This document shows, in pieces, positions 17,683 to 27,911 of a stretch of 64,000 nt of DNA (positions are counted from its first letter, which is position 1; each line of letters begins with the position of its first letter). The notes beneath the pieces were generated by a model. The model had not been told where the DNA came from. It did no database searches and was given only the letters and a program-made list of their open reading frames with translations. This stretch comes from an uncultured Gammaproteobacteria bacterium. GTDB taxonomy: Bacteria > Patescibacteriota > Microgenomatia > UBA1406 > GWC2-37-13. Made by a program: the position numbers and the translations under genes. The stretch lies in contig CAYPQF010000038.1 in assembly GCA_964412815.1 (NCBI GenBank), positions 11,284 to 75,283 on the forward strand, in the 5' to 3' direction.

Positions 17683-17729
17683 TTGACAAAGTGAACGTGC
17701 GTTTACTACAATAGTGAACATACGTTTAC
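17683..17729 (+). promoter_or_regulatory. lexA promoter with two LexA (SOS) boxes
   Basis: TTGACA 17683-17688, 18-nt spacer, TACAAT 17707-17712. Box 1 GTGAACGTGCGTTTAC (17691-17706) lies in the spacer. Box 2 GTGAACATACGTTTAC (17714-17729) lies just downstream of the -10. Both are GAAC-N4-GTTT, i.e. Cheo-box-like. Confidence 0.75.
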
Positions 17730-17751
17730 CATTATTAATTCGTTGCAGACC

Positions 17752-18318
17752 ATGAAGACAGACTATCTCGGCCAGATAAAAAAGTTCTACGCAGCTTACA
17801 AGCGCCTGCCGTCGTATTCTGAGATGCTCAAGCTCTTCAGTTTGTCATCCAAGAACGCTGTCTACAAAATCGTTCATAAATGGATTGAAGAAGGCCTGCT
17901 CAATAAGGAAAACGGAAAACTTGCTCCTGCCGCTCAGTTTTTTAGCCTTCCTCTGCTGGGAATGGTTAAGGCGGGACACCCGATTCTTGCTGATGAAAAT
18001 AAAAGTTACCTGACACTGGACGAATATCTGATTGCGGATCCTACCTCTTCGTTCCTGCTGAAGGTACGGGGAGACTCGATGATTGATGCCGGCATCTTTG
18101 AGGATGATCTGGTCGTGATCGACTCGAAAACTTCAGCCGAGAACGGTGATATCGTGCTGGCCGAAGTAGATAGCGAGTGGACACTGAAGTACCTCAAAAA
18201 ACACAAAAACCAGACCTATCTGGAGGCCGGTAACAGCAAGTATCCACCGATTCATCCCAAACGTGAACTGAAGGTTCATGGAGTGGTTCGAGGAGTGATC
18301 CGAAAGTTCCGTGACTAA
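17752..18318 (+). CDS. lexA: LexA repressor (S24 peptidase)
   Basis: N-terminal winged HTH, LPLLGMVKAGHP cleavage region, GDSMIDAGI (Ser nucleophile) and EWTLKYLKK (Lys). ATG 17752 preferred over TTG 17743. Confidence 0.9.
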   Translation: MKTDYLGQIKKFYAAYKRLPSYSEMLKLFSLSSKNAVYKIVHKWIEEGLLNKENGKLAPAAQFFSLPLLGMVKAGHPILADENKSYLTLDEYLIADPTSSFLLKVRGDSMIDAGIFEDDLVVIDSKTSAENGDIVLAEVDSEWTLKYLKKHKNQTYLEAGNSKYPPIHPKRELKVHGVVRGVIRKFRD

Positions 18319-18319
18319 G

Positions 18320-19141
18320 ATGGTATCCGAAGAAAAAAATTTGCACTTCCGCTCGATTAAAAACACAAAGAGCACCACAGCTCTGATATTTTTACATGGA
18401 CTGGGCGGCTCACATGCGTTCTGGGGGAACGACTACAATAGTCTACACCAACAGTACTCTCTGTACTTTGTTGATCTTCCCGGCTTTGGCAAATCGCCAA
18501 AACCGGAAGCAGACTATTCACCTGACTTCTTTACTGAGTGGCTGGATGACTTTATCGAAGAACAGGTGTTAGAAGAACAGATTGTTCTGGTAGGACATTC
18601 GCTGGGAGCACTGGTAGCGCTGTCATATGCCGCACGATACTCAAAAAAGATTCAGGGACTGGTGTTACTCTCTCTCAAGTACTTTACTACCCCGGAAGAG
18701 GCACAAACACGCATTAGCCAGGCGAATGTACTTTCAACAATGATGCAGGATACTCCCGGCGCCCGGTTGCTCTGCTCGATTCTTACCGCGATTCCTTCTG
18801 TTACCCGGTTTATCTCTCCCCGTCTCCTGAGGACACTCCCTCCTTCTGTCGCACAGGATGCGTTTAGTTACACCCCTGTCTCGTACTTCCAGACGTTATA
18901 TAACGTGATATACCAGCAGGATGTTCCGGCGCTTTTGGACCGCATTCCCAAAGATAAGCTGATCGTCATCCATGGCAGAAAAGATACACTGGTTCCGTTT
19001 GAGGCCGTGGATACGCTGACATTTAAATACAGCATTTCTATAACCCCGGTTACCACAGGTGGTCATGACTTTCCATTGTATAAAGCAAAAAAAACTGCTA
19101 CAATAGTACAAACCATGCTTCCCCGGATTCTCCGTGATTGA
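18320..19141 (+). CDS. alpha/beta-fold hydrolase
   Basis: LIFLHGLGGSHAFW (oxyanion region) and VGHSLGA (nucleophile elbow). The ATG lies 1 nt after the lexA stop. Confidence 0.75.
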   Translation: MVSEEKNLHFRSIKNTKSTTALIFLHGLGGSHAFWGNDYNSLHQQYSLYFVDLPGFGKSPKPEADYSPDFFTEWLDDFIEEQVLEEQIVLVGHSLGALVALSYAARYSKKIQGLVLLSLKYFTTPEEAQTRISQANVLSTMMQDTPGARLLCSILTAIPSVTRFISPRLLRTLPPSVAQDAFSYTPVSYFQTLYNVIYQQDVPALLDRIPKDKLIVIHGRKDTLVPFEAVDTLTFKYSISITPVTTGGHDFPLYKAKKTATIVQTMLPRILRD

Positions 19142-19159
19142 CGAAGCGCACTATGTACT

Positions 19160-19510
19160 ATGAAAAAGAAGGTAGACGAACAGAAACAGAAATATAATAC
19201 TCCTTTCGGCAGGTATTTTGCTCACTTTGACCGGATTGATTCTTCACTGAAAGATGCTGATGAATACGGTTCGTTTCTTATTTTGACACTGGTAGAAGAG
19301 ATTGGAGAGATGGCCCGCGCATATCTGGCAAAACACGGTCGCAAACCGACCAATATCGCGGCGCAAAACGATGAAAAATATGAACAGGAACTGGGAGATA
19401 TTCTTGTCTCCATTCTCCGGTTTGCACGGATAAAAAATATCGATCTGGATAAACGCATTATGTACTCGCTCCGTAAGATCGAGCGTCGCCACAAGGAACC
19501 AAAGGTCTAA
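19160..19510 (+). CDS. MazG-like nucleoside triphosphate pyrophosphohydrolase
   Basis: 116 aa with LVEEIGEMARAY (EExxE) and ELGDILVSILRFA helices, typical of all-alpha NTP-PPases. Confidence 0.65.
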   Translation: MKKKVDEQKQKYNTPFGRYFAHFDRIDSSLKDADEYGSFLILTLVEEIGEMARAYLAKHGRKPTNIAAQNDEKYEQELGDILVSILRFARIKNIDLDKRIMYSLRKIERRHKEPKV

Positions 19511-19546
19511 TCGCTGACGTTTCAGAAAAGTAACACACTATTAGAA

Positions 19547-19768
19547 TTATTCATTCAGGTTACTCTCGCTCTTCAGAGCAACGCCTCCGTTGTTCGAGAC
19601 AGAGATCAGATATGCAGGTTCTTCCGGTGTTGCATTACGGGTGATGAATTTGTTTTTTATTTTCTTGGTTACACGGGATGTATAGATTTCCTCGATTGTG
19701 CCTTTGGCTTTGCCCCGCCCCCATTTCCAAGAGACCTCATCGCCTTTATTGAATTTATGCTGTGCCAT
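19547..19768 (-). CDS. DUF2945-like small protein
   Basis: Start moved to MAQHKF. The pattern GDEVSWKWGRGKAKGTIEEI...PAYLI is as I recall for DUF2945. Confidence 0.5.
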   Translation of the reverse strand: MAQHKFNKGDEVSWKWGRGKAKGTIEEIYTSRVTKKIKNKFITRNATPEEPAYLISVSNNGGVALKSESNLNE

Positions 19769-19843
19769 ACGGTTGAAAATAAATAACAATTAATTAGACA
19801 ACAAAAATATTAAAATACGTTAAACATTACCACTAAAATTCGT

Positions 19844-20800
19844 ATGGATTACACTCAACTAGAACAACTGATTAACCACCCACAAAAATCTGTCTTAGCA
19901 TTACACCGGAGTCCCGACGGGGATTCGATCGGGAGTAATCTGGCCTTTTACCACCTGCTCAAGTCCAAGGGGCATACCGTCACACTGTACTCAAAAGACG
20001 AAGTACCTGAGTATCTCGCGTTTCTGCCCGGTACAGATCAGGTCCAAGTGCAGTTTCCGGAAGACATCAGATTCGACCAGTACGACACATTCTGGGCAAT
20101 TGATATGGCAACCCTGAACATGATCGGCGCGGAGATTACTCTGCCGGAACAGCTACAGGTCGTGAATATTGACCATCACATCTCCAACCCGGCATGGGGC
20201 ACCGTCAACTTAATTGAACCAACCGCGATTGCAGCATCCGAAGTCTTAACCAAGATGTTCCAGGCTCTCAAGATTGAGATTACCACCGATATGGCAACCT
20301 GTCTGATGACCGCGCTGGCAACCGATTCCGGATTTTTTAAGTACTGCCGCACACCGGAATCGTTCCGGATTGCCGCAATTTTAATGGAGAGCGGCGCCAA
20401 CTACGAAAACATCGTGTATCAGATTATGCAGAAGACCCGTGTCGAAGATCTCCAGTTTTTGGGTGTGGCACTGGAGCGGCTCACGATTTATGAAAAACAG
20501 AAAGCCGCCATCATTACGATCCCGTTGGATATCTATAATGCGTACCGTTCAGAAGGAGAGTCAACTGATATTCTTAACAGCTACACTTCTACCATTGATG
20601 GAACCGATTTTGGCGTGGTGATCACCGAAAAAGAACTCAACCAGTTCCGGATCTCGTTCCGCTCTCGTACCCCGGGCTACGATGTCTCAGCACTCGCAGC
20701 ACAACTGGGCGGGGGCGGTCACAAGGCTGCAGCTGGCGCACGTATCGAACGAAACTCGATTGAAGAAGCGGTCGAGGCTGTGCTGGCGCTGGTCAAGTAA
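19844..20800 (+). CDS. nrnA: DHH/DHHA1 phosphoesterase (NrnA-type oligoribonuclease/pAp phosphatase)
   Basis: HRSPDGDSIGS, NIDHH and GGGHKAAAG motifs. Confidence 0.8.
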   Translation: MDYTQLEQLINHPQKSVLALHRSPDGDSIGSNLAFYHLLKSKGHTVTLYSKDEVPEYLAFLPGTDQVQVQFPEDIRFDQYDTFWAIDMATLNMIGAEITLPEQLQVVNIDHHISNPAWGTVNLIEPTAIAASEVLTKMFQALKIEITTDMATCLMTALATDSGFFKYCRTPESFRIAAILMESGANYENIVYQIMQKTRVEDLQFLGVALERLTIYEKQKAAIITIPLDIYNAYRSEGESTDILNSYTSTIDGTDFGVVITEKELNQFRISFRSRTPGYDVSALAAQLGGGGHKAAAGARIERNSIEEAVEAVLALVK

Positions 20801-20803
20801 CTA

Positions 20804-21820
20804 CTACACAAACGTGACCGGCGGGGTGATCCCTTTTGAGGTAACAATCTCGCCTATCTGCCGGGCATCAGGCAACTGTTTGAGAACAGACGCGGCTGAA
20901 CGTGCCGGCACTACCAGACACATCCCGATCCCCATATTCAGCGCATGAAACATCTCTTCCTCTGCGATCTGACCTTCCTGCTGAATCAGGGTAAAGACTG
21001 GATGACGCTCCCAGGAAGCAGGCTTTAACTGCGCAGTACAGCCTTCCGGAATAATCGCTCCCAGTTTACCGGGTAATCCACTCCCGGTGATATGGGCAAT
21101 GCCATGGACCGGTACCCCCGCACGCAAGACAACCAGAACCTCGCGAACATAGATGCGGGTCGGCGTAAGCAGTACTTCTCCCAGTGTTCTTCCGCGGAGC
21201 AGTTCAGGCTTATCATATAGGCTGTATGTTGAGAGTAATAGTTTGCGAACCAGGGTATAACCGTTGCTGTGAATGCCGCTGGAGGGAATCCCGATCACCA
21301 CATCTCCCCTGGTAATTGCAGCACCGGTAATCAGATCAGTCTTCTCTACTACACCAATCGCAGTGGCGGCCAGATCATACTCATCCTGTTGATAGATATC
21401 CGTCAGTTCGGCAGTTTCGCCACCGATAATACTACAATTGGCAAGCTGACAGCCAGCCACGACACCTTCCATGATCTGTTGTGCTATCTCCGGCACAATC
21501 TTTTGCATTGCCACATACGGCAAAAACACCAGCGGTTCGGCACCGCGGCGCACCAAATCGTTGACACACATTGCCACGAGATCAATTCCGATTGAGTCGT
21601 GTTTTTGGAGCTCGATTGCAATCTTGAGTTTCGTACCCACCCCGTCTGTCGCACCTAGCAAGAGTGGTTTTTTATAAGTGGCAAACCGGGCATCAAACGC
21701 AGCGATACCGCCGATTTCCGTTACTTCGGCCCGGTAGGTTTGGCGGGATTGTTGCTGAGCAGACTGAGAAGCCACATCTCCTGCTTCAATATCTACACCG
21801 CTGTCTTTATAGGTTTTCAT
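20804..21820 (-). CDS. purM: phosphoribosylformylglycinamidine cyclo-ligase (AIR synthetase)
   Basis: YKDSGVDIEAGD start and PurM-type N/C domains. Last gene of the pur operon. Its ATGA start overlaps the purC stop. Confidence 0.9.
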   Translation of the reverse strand: MKTYKDSGVDIEAGDVASQSAQQQSRQTYRAEVTEIGGIAAFDARFATYKKPLLLGATDGVGTKLKIAIELQKHDSIGIDLVAMCVNDLVRRGAEPLVFLPYVAMQKIVPEIAQQIMEGVVAGCQLANCSIIGGETAELTDIYQQDEYDLAATAIGVVEKTDLITGAAITRGDVVIGIPSSGIHSNGYTLVRKLLLSTYSLYDKPELLRGRTLGEVLLTPTRIYVREVLVVLRAGVPVHGIAHITGSGLPGKLGAIIPEGCTAQLKPASWERHPVFTLIQQEGQIAEEEMFHALNMGIGMCLVVPARSAASVLKQLPDARQIGEIVTSKGITPPVTFV

Positions 21821-22800
21821 AGGTTGAGATAGGTGGTGAGGGTACTAATGATTCGTTCTTCGATCGGATATGGGTACTCAGGAAACGTCTTGCCGGTTAG
21901 CTTCTCGTAGACTGCCATATAGCGCTCTGCTACCTGCACAATCAACTCTTCGGACATGGGGGGAGGATTGCCATCTCCGGTATAGCCTTTTTCCGCGTAC
22001 CAGAGCCGCAAAAACTCTTTATCAAAGTTTTCCGGTTCCTGTCCCGCTGTTCTTCGTTCTTCGTAGGTTTGGGCTATCCAGAAGCGCGATGAGTCAGGCG
22101 TATGAATCTCATCCATAATCATCAACTCTCCGTCACAGATACCAAACTCGTACTTGGTATCGACCAGTATCAAGTCCTGATCCCGGCAGCGGGCCGCCCC
22201 AAATGCAAAGAGCGCCAGTGCAGCCTGTTCCATCTGGGTGTAGATCTCCTCGCTTACCATCCCTTGAGACAGAATCTGTTCTCTGGTCAGCCGTTCGTCA
22301 TGTCCATTGGCGCCGCCACCATGCGTAGTGGGAGTGATTACGGGTTGTGGCAGTTGATCGTTTTTATGGAGCCCGTCAGGAAAATCTACTCCATAGATGG
22401 TCCGCTCTCCCTGTTGATACGAATGCCAGATAGAGGTTTTGGTCACTCCGGACATATACCCCCGGACAACCATCTCGACCGGGATCGGGTCACAGTTTTT
22501 GCAGATCATGACGTTTGGGTCCGGTACCGCAATCATATGATTGGGAATAATATGCCGGGTCTGTTCAAACCAGAACTGAGAGAGGAGTGTGAGCACAGTC
22601 CCCTTATAGGGGATGCGTCCGAGAATGACATCAAATGCCGATTGCCGGTCTGTTGCGATGAGTACCCGATCGTGCGGGCGGACATAGATATCGCGTACTT
22701 TCCCCTGCTGTTTTTCCATTGGTGCCTGTCGGGAAACCGGCAGGGAAACTGTTTCGAACGTTTGCGGAATGGACTGTCGAATACGATCCTGACTGATCAT
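21817..22800 (-). CDS. purC: SAICAR synthetase (long form)
   Basis: GKVRDIY and [11 protein letters not shown] motifs. 4-nt overlaps on both sides. Confidence 0.9.
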   Translation of the reverse strand: MISQDRIRQSIPQTFETVSLPVSRQAPMEKQQGKVRDIYVRPHDRVLIATDRQSAFDVILGRIPYKGTVLTLLSQFWFEQTRHIIPNHMIAVPDPNVMICKNCDPIPVEMVVRGYMSGVTKTSIWHSYQQGERTIYGVDFPDGLHKNDQLPQPVITPTTHGGGANGHDERLTREQILSQGMVSEEIYTQMEQAALALFAFGAARCRDQDLILVDTKYEFGICDGELMIMDEIHTPDSSRFWIAQTYEERRTAGQEPENFDKEFLRLWYAEKGYTGDGNPPPMSEELIVQVAERYMAVYEKLTGKTFPEYPYPIEERIISTLTTYLNL

Positions 22801-23366
22801 TGATGAGTAGTAGAACTGGTAAGTGTTGAACCATCTGTTTTGGAAACGGTGCGCGGGGCATCTATGGAACCCGCTCCATGGGCACTCACTGCGGCTGCTT
22901 TTTCCTCAACGGAAGTACGCATTGCTTCTTTAAATGCGGTGAGGCGGGAATAGAGGTCAGGTACGTGGGTTGCGAGAATCTGCACCGCGAGAATGCCGGC
23001 ATTGCGGGCGCCGTTGATCGCGACCGTCGCGACGGGCACACCCGGCGGCATCTGGACAATCGAGTAGAGCGAGTCTATGCCGTTCATAGCCTTTGACTGG
23101 ACCGGCACCCCGATTACTGGCAGACTGGTAAGTGCGGCAACCATACCCGGAAGATGCGCGGCACCGCCGGCTCCGGCAATGATCACCTTGAGTCCCCGGT
23201 CAACGGCAGTTTTCGCATACTCAACCATCCGTTCGGGTGTTCGATGGGCCGAGACGATCGTCAGTTCGTACGGAAGTTGAAATTCATCAAGAAGTCCGGC
23301 TGCTTCTTTCATAACCGGCAGATCCGAGTCTGATCCCATAATGATGCCAATCTGTGGCTTCTGCAT
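22797..23366 (-). CDS. purE: N5-CAIR mutase (class I PurE) with ~30-aa C-terminal tail
   Basis: [14 protein letters not shown] and [12 protein letters not shown]. It is paired with purK. Confidence 0.9.
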   Translation of the reverse strand: MQKPQIGIIMGSDSDLPVMKEAAGLLDEFQLPYELTIVSAHRTPERMVEYAKTAVDRGLKVIIAGAGGAAHLPGMVAALTSLPVIGVPVQSKAMNGIDSLYSIVQMPPGVPVATVAINGARNAGILAVQILATHVPDLYSRLTAFKEAMRTSVEEKAAAVSAHGAGSIDAPRTVSKTDGSTLTSSTTHQ

Positions 23367-23369
23367 ACT

Positions 23370-24524
23370 TTATTGTACTGAAATCGTAATAGTGTTTCGC
23401 ACCTCTTCTGCGAGCGCTTCTGCTGCGATCACCGTCGCAGCAAGCACGGTAATATGCCCCATCTTGCGACCGGGCTTTTCCTCTGTTTTTCCATACCAGT
23501 GCAGGTACACCTCCGGATGGTGTTTGAGGATCTCCAGATTCCCCAATTGAGCCGGAGCAACTTTTACCCCGAGAATATTTTTCATCACTGCGGCCTGAAC
23601 TGAGGGACGGATAGCGGTACTGCCAACCGGCAGTCCGGTAATGGCACGCAGGTGGTTCTCAAACTGCGATGTTTTACAGGCTTCGATCGTATAGTGACCT
23701 GAGTTATGAACCCGGGGCGCAATTTCATTCAGGAGGATACCTTCCACGGTCTGGAACAGCTCAATTCCGAAGACACCGGCACCTGGAAGTACATGAAGTG
23801 CACTTGTTACCAGTGTCTCAATCTGCTGCTGTTCGCGGGCAGAGAGTGCGGCCGGAAGCCGTACTACATCACACACATTGTTCTGCTGAACTGTCTCGAC
23901 TACCGGATAGAAGTGCACCTGTCCGTCTTTCTCTTTCACCACCATCACTGCCAGTTCCCGGGTAAAAGGCACATCCCGTTCGACAAAGAGCCCCCGGGTA
24001 TCCCGGGAAAATTCGGCAAATGCCGGCTCGATATCCGATGCCGACCGGATGACCCGGTTTCCCTTTCCATCATAGGAGGCAAAAGATTGTTTGAGGTGGA
24101 GCGGATATCCCCAGTCTGTGGCAGCCTGTGTTAAGTCCGCACTACTGGTAACCGCGCGAAATGGAGCAACCGTCACTCCATGCGTTGATACCACTTCTTT
24201 TTGTTTTAGTTTGTTCTGGATCAGGGAGATGGCCCGGGGATGGGGCTGTATTTCCACTCCTTCGTCGTGCAGTTCCTGAAGGGTTCTGGCTGAGACATGT
24301 TCCAGTTCGATGGTGATCAGATCACACTGCTGTGCCAGCGTATGGATTGCTTCAGAGTCTTCGTAGCCACCCGGAAGATGGGTAGCTCCGGCAAGCACGG
24401 CGGGCGCCTGAGGCAGTGGGTCCAGCACGGTGATATCAAACCCCAGTTGACGCGCGTACGGCACCATCATCTGCGCCAGTTGTCCGCCACCGATTATCCC
24501 GATATGGTGCCGTTTTTTTTCCAT
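23370..24524 (-). CDS. purK: N5-carboxyaminoimidazole ribonucleotide synthetase
   Basis: IGIIGGGQLAQMM and an ATP-grasp core, immediately upstream of purE. Confidence 0.9.
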   Translation of the reverse strand: MEKKRHHIGIIGGGQLAQMMVPYARQLGFDITVLDPLPQAPAVLAGATHLPGGYEDSEAIHTLAQQCDLITIELEHVSARTLQELHDEGVEIQPHPRAISLIQNKLKQKEVVSTHGVTVAPFRAVTSSADLTQAATDWGYPLHLKQSFASYDGKGNRVIRSASDIEPAFAEFSRDTRGLFVERDVPFTRELAVMVVKEKDGQVHFYPVVETVQQNNVCDVVRLPAALSAREQQQIETLVTSALHVLPGAGVFGIELFQTVEGILLNEIAPRVHNSGHYTIEACKTSQFENHLRAITGLPVGSTAIRPSVQAAVMKNILGVKVAPAQLGNLEILKHHPEVYLHWYGKTEEKPGRKMGHITVLAATVIAAEALAEEVRNTITISVQ

Positions 24525-25945
24525 GCAGTTAGGGCGTGAGAAATGATATCTGCCATCTGTCGGGCATGAGGAGCGGCCTGACCAATGTGATGCAAGGGAT
24601 CAAACGCGCTGGAGATAGCTTGGGAAGAGCAGTACTTTGCAATCTTCGGATCGTTGGTGATCAACTGCTGCAGCGGATTATCCTGTCCTTGTGCAATTGC
24701 ATCCCAGGCTGTCATCGCATGCTGTTTAAGCACTTCGTGGAGTTTTTGCCGGTTTCCCCCGTGTTTGACTGCCTGCATTAAGACCCCTTCGAGCGCGGAG
24801 AACGGGGCATATTTGTGCAGGTTCTGGGCTATCGCCCGCTCATCGATAGTCATCTGTTCGACCAGACGGATCGCGGTCTTCAGAATCTCACTCACTGCCA
24901 GAAACGCATCGGGGACCACCAGGCGGCGATTGGCCGAATCATCCAGGGTACGTTCCAGGTAGGAGTGTTGTACATTTTCGTGGAGTACAACCGGTAACTG
25001 GGCTACATACCGGGCCAGTGAACATATTTTCTCTGACGCTACCGGGTTTCGCTTAAATGGCATGGCGGACGACCCCACCTGTTGTTTTTCAAACGGCTCA
25101 CGCCATTCACCAAACGCCGGGGACTGCAGAATTCTCAGGTCCGCGGCAAACTTGGCGATAACTGAGGCGATCCCTGCCAGCGACTCGATAATCTGAACTT
25201 CGTGCATTCTGCTCCCGATCTGCGTAGATACCGGAGCAGCAGTTAGCCCCAGTTTCGAGAGTACCGCTGCCTCCATCTCTTCCGGGTTCATGGGGGAATC
25301 GTGCAGGAGAGCGGTATAACTCGCCATCGATCCAACTGCTCCTTTCATTCCTTTGGCACGCAGTTTTGATTTGACGGTAAGCAGCTGGTCGAAGGTTGTA
25401 AGCAGTTCCTGGGCATAAAACGCAAAGCGATATCCTACCGTGGTTGGTTCTGCCGGTTGCAGATGGGTGTAGGCCATACAGGGCAGATCGGCGGTATCGT
25501 GAATCCGTTTTCTGAAGGCTGTCAACAATGCGGCTGTCTGTTCTTCTATCAGCGCGAGCGCTTCTTTCAGCCGGAGCATCTCAGCGTTATCAGTTATGTC
25601 CATACTGGTTGCTCCCAGATGGAGCTTCCCGCCGCCTTTTTTAGCTTTTTCAGCATACTCGGTGATTGCGGCAAAGACATCGTGACGGGTTTGTTGCTCG
25701 ATCTCCTGAATTCGTTCAATGTCGATATCCCGTTCGTGATACTGGAGATCATCCAGTTCTTCGTGGGAGATCAACCCGGCTTTAGACTGTACGGTCGCAA
25801 GGGTCACCCAGATTCTGCGCCAGAGTTCTACTTTGTGAAGTTCGCTAAAGACTGCGCGCATCTCAGGGGTGCCATATCGCCAGGAAAAGGTAGATTGATA
25901 GGATGCAGAGGGAGCAACTTCTTCGGTTGACTGCCGTGTGCTCAT
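24494..25945 (-). CDS. purB: adenylosuccinate lyase
   Basis: Fumarate-lyase signature GSSAMPFKRNP. Start set at MSTRQ (ATG 25945), forming an ATGA overlap with the folD stop. The 67 codons upstream in the ORF track run antisense-free through folD and are not credible. Confidence 0.9.
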   Translation of the reverse strand: MSTRQSTEEVAPSASYQSTFSWRYGTPEMRAVFSELHKVELWRRIWVTLATVQSKAGLISHEELDDLQYHERDIDIERIQEIEQQTRHDVFAAITEYAEKAKKGGGKLHLGATSMDITDNAEMLRLKEALALIEEQTAALLTAFRKRIHDTADLPCMAYTHLQPAEPTTVGYRFAFYAQELLTTFDQLLTVKSKLRAKGMKGAVGSMASYTALLHDSPMNPEEMEAAVLSKLGLTAAPVSTQIGSRMHEVQIIESLAGIASVIAKFAADLRILQSPAFGEWREPFEKQQVGSSAMPFKRNPVASEKICSLARYVAQLPVVLHENVQHSYLERTLDDSANRRLVVPDAFLAVSEILKTAIRLVEQMTIDERAIAQNLHKYAPFSALEGVLMQAVKHGGNRQKLHEVLKQHAMTAWDAIAQGQDNPLQQLITNDPKIAKYCSSQAISSAFDPLHHIGQAAPHARQMADIISHALTAWKKNGTISG

Positions 25946-26793
25946 GCGTGTTCCGGAGCCTTCTGCTGCAATGCTGCCTCGACTACGTTTTTGAGCAGGA
26001 AGGTAATGGTTAACGGTCCAATCCCATTGAGGGTGGGACAGTACAATTTTGCTTTCTGGGCAATCTCTTCTTCGTGAATGTCCCCAAAGAGCTGCGTTTC
26101 TCCATCCACTTCTTTTGCATCTACACCTACACCGATTACATAGCAACCTTCTTTGATATTGGAACCATGTACGATATGTTCTTTTCCAACAGCCGAGATC
26201 ACCAGGTCACCAGAACGGATTATCTCATCCGGATTCTGAGTAGTTGAGGAGACACAGACTGGCTCAAATCCTTTTTTCTTAAGCAGCGTAAGGGTGGGCT
26301 GGCCCGCGGTTCTGCCTTTTCCCAGTACGACAATTTTTTTTCCTGCGAGAAATGCTTCCGGCGACGGAAAACCTTCGATCCGGGAAAACTCTGCAATCAT
26401 CTCCCAGATAGCCAGCGCCGTTGCTTCGGTAAACGGGGATTCCGGCAGAAACCCGTCCACATCCTTTTCAGGAGCGACCTGTTGAATCAGCTCTTCGGCT
26501 GGCCACGACTGGTAGACCGGCAACTGAATAATCATCCCGTGGATGGCTGGATTGATATTTGCGGATTGTACATACGAACGGAAGGTCTCCAGCTCCTGTT
26601 CCTGAAACCGGACAACCGTCGCGGTAATTCCCAGTTTAGTTGCTACCTTCGCTTTGAGTGAGATGTAGACTTCGGAGCTCTGGTTACTGCCGGCACGTAA
26701 AATAACCAGATGAGGAGCCAGTTCGTGTTCACGAATAGTTGCTGCCAGTTCTTCGCGGATTCGTTTTGCAATGGGCTTTCCTTTTACAATCAT
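25942..26793 (-). CDS. folD: bifunctional 5,10-methylene-THF dehydrogenase/cyclohydrolase
   Basis: 283 aa. The KGKPIA...IR start, VVLGKGRTAGQP (Rossmann loop) and GIGPLTI near the C-terminus fit FolD. Confidence 0.85.
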   Translation of the reverse strand: MIVKGKPIAKRIREELAATIREHELAPHLVILRAGSNQSSEVYISLKAKVATKLGITATVVRFQEQELETFRSYVQSANINPAIHGMIIQLPVYQSWPAEELIQQVAPEKDVDGFLPESPFTEATALAIWEMIAEFSRIEGFPSPEAFLAGKKIVVLGKGRTAGQPTLTLLKKKGFEPVCVSSTTQNPDEIIRSGDLVISAVGKEHIVHGSNIKEGCYVIGVGVDAKEVDGETQLFGDIHEEEIAQKAKLYCPTLNGIGPLTITFLLKNVVEAALQQKAPEHA

Positions 26794-26801
26794 GAGTACT
26801 A

Positions 26802-27908
26802 TTAGCTGATAATGTGATCCAGTTTATTTTGTTCTACTGCCTGCTTAATTTCCAGAGCGACACGCTCTCCTACCGGAACCGGTCGCCGGTACAGATATCC
26901 GGCGTACGGGGTAGCTGCAATGCCGGGGGAACCGGGCATTCGCGGAGAAACGTCAATCACTACAATATCTTTTTTGGGTGGGCCGGCGGTGATAATCGAC
27001 TGGAGCGCGAACGGACCGACCACTCCTCCCTCCACCATCGCGGCTGCGGCCGTAACAAACCGTTCTCCCATCGAAAAGGCCGGTTCCAGGAGCGATTCGA
27101 GCACCGTCACCGCGATATGTCCTGCTTCTTCATACTGTACCGGTACTTTGCGTAACAGCTCAATCTGGTAATCCGCCGGAGTACGCATAAATCCCTCCAG
27201 ATTGGTCTGTCGCCGGGTATCGGTACCCAACAGCTCCAGCCTTCCGGAAAGCGGGGAATAGAAAAAGTTAAAGTTCACATGAGCGCCCAGAATAAACTCC
27301 TCGATCACTGCTTTTTCCAGTTGTTTCTCGGTAAAGACACCTTCCTTTAGTTTCTGTTCGGTAACCCGCAGATACTCAGACGGGCTATCCACCAGAAAAA
27401 ATGCTCTCTCAAAGCCCCGTTCCTGCTCCAGTACTTTTACAATGCACAAGCGATCGATGGTATGTGGATCGGCAAACTGAAGCGGAAACTGAATGCCGGC
27501 TTTTTGCAATAGATCATATTGGTTAAACTCGACTCCCCGTTCCTCGATCTTGAGCAGGTGTTTATTACCGAAGATCGGGCACAAAAACTTGGTCTCGATA
27601 CCTTCGTAATCAAAGTTCAGATAGACCTCAAACGAGCGATGCGGAATAAAGATGGCGTTCCGCTCTACCAGCTGTTTCTGGATACCCTCCCGCAGGATAT
27701 CGGTAAAATGTTCGACGATCATCACCTCGTCCACACAGCCCAGATCACCGTTGGTTTTGTAATAGGTGTCGTAGGTCTTTTCGCGTCCGGCAATCGAGAT
27801 CACCAGTGTGTTAAACCCGAGTTTTTTTGCACCTGCACAGATATCCAGGGCGCTATGGCTGCCGAGCGTTGCGATGGTAATTGGTTTGGCAGGATCGATG
27901 GTATACAT
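26802..27908 (-). CDS. PurP-family ATP-grasp protein, divergent paralog (FAICAR synthetase-like)
   Basis: [40 protein letters not shown] and the C-terminal ERVALEIKQAVEQNKLDHIIS run parallel to archaeal PurP (MJ0136-type). Confidence 0.75.
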   Translation of the reverse strand: MYTIDPAKPITIATLGSHSALDICAGAKKLGFNTLVISIAGREKTYDTYYKTNGDLGCVDEVMIVEHFTDILREGIQKQLVERNAIFIPHRSFEVYLNFDYEGIETKFLCPIFGNKHLLKIEERGVEFNQYDLLQKAGIQFPLQFADPHTIDRLCIVKVLEQERGFERAFFLVDSPSEYLRVTEQKLKEGVFTEKQLEKAVIEEFILGAHVNFNFFYSPLSGRLELLGTDTRRQTNLEGFMRTPADYQIELLRKVPVQYEEAGHIAVTVLESLLEPAFSMGERFVTAAAAMVEGGVVGPFALQSIITAGPPKKDIVVIDVSPRMPGSPGIAATPYAGYLYRRPVPVGERVALEIKQAVEQNKLDHIIS

Positions 27909-27911
27909 AGG

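Noticed and set aside
25946-26146. The ORF-track N-terminal extension of purB (MLCNRCRCRCKRSGW..., 67 extra codons)
   Set aside because: It runs through the 3' end of folD in another frame and has an implausible Cys/Arg-rich composition. The internal ATG at 25945 gives the standard purB N-terminus and an ATGA stop/start overlap with folD.
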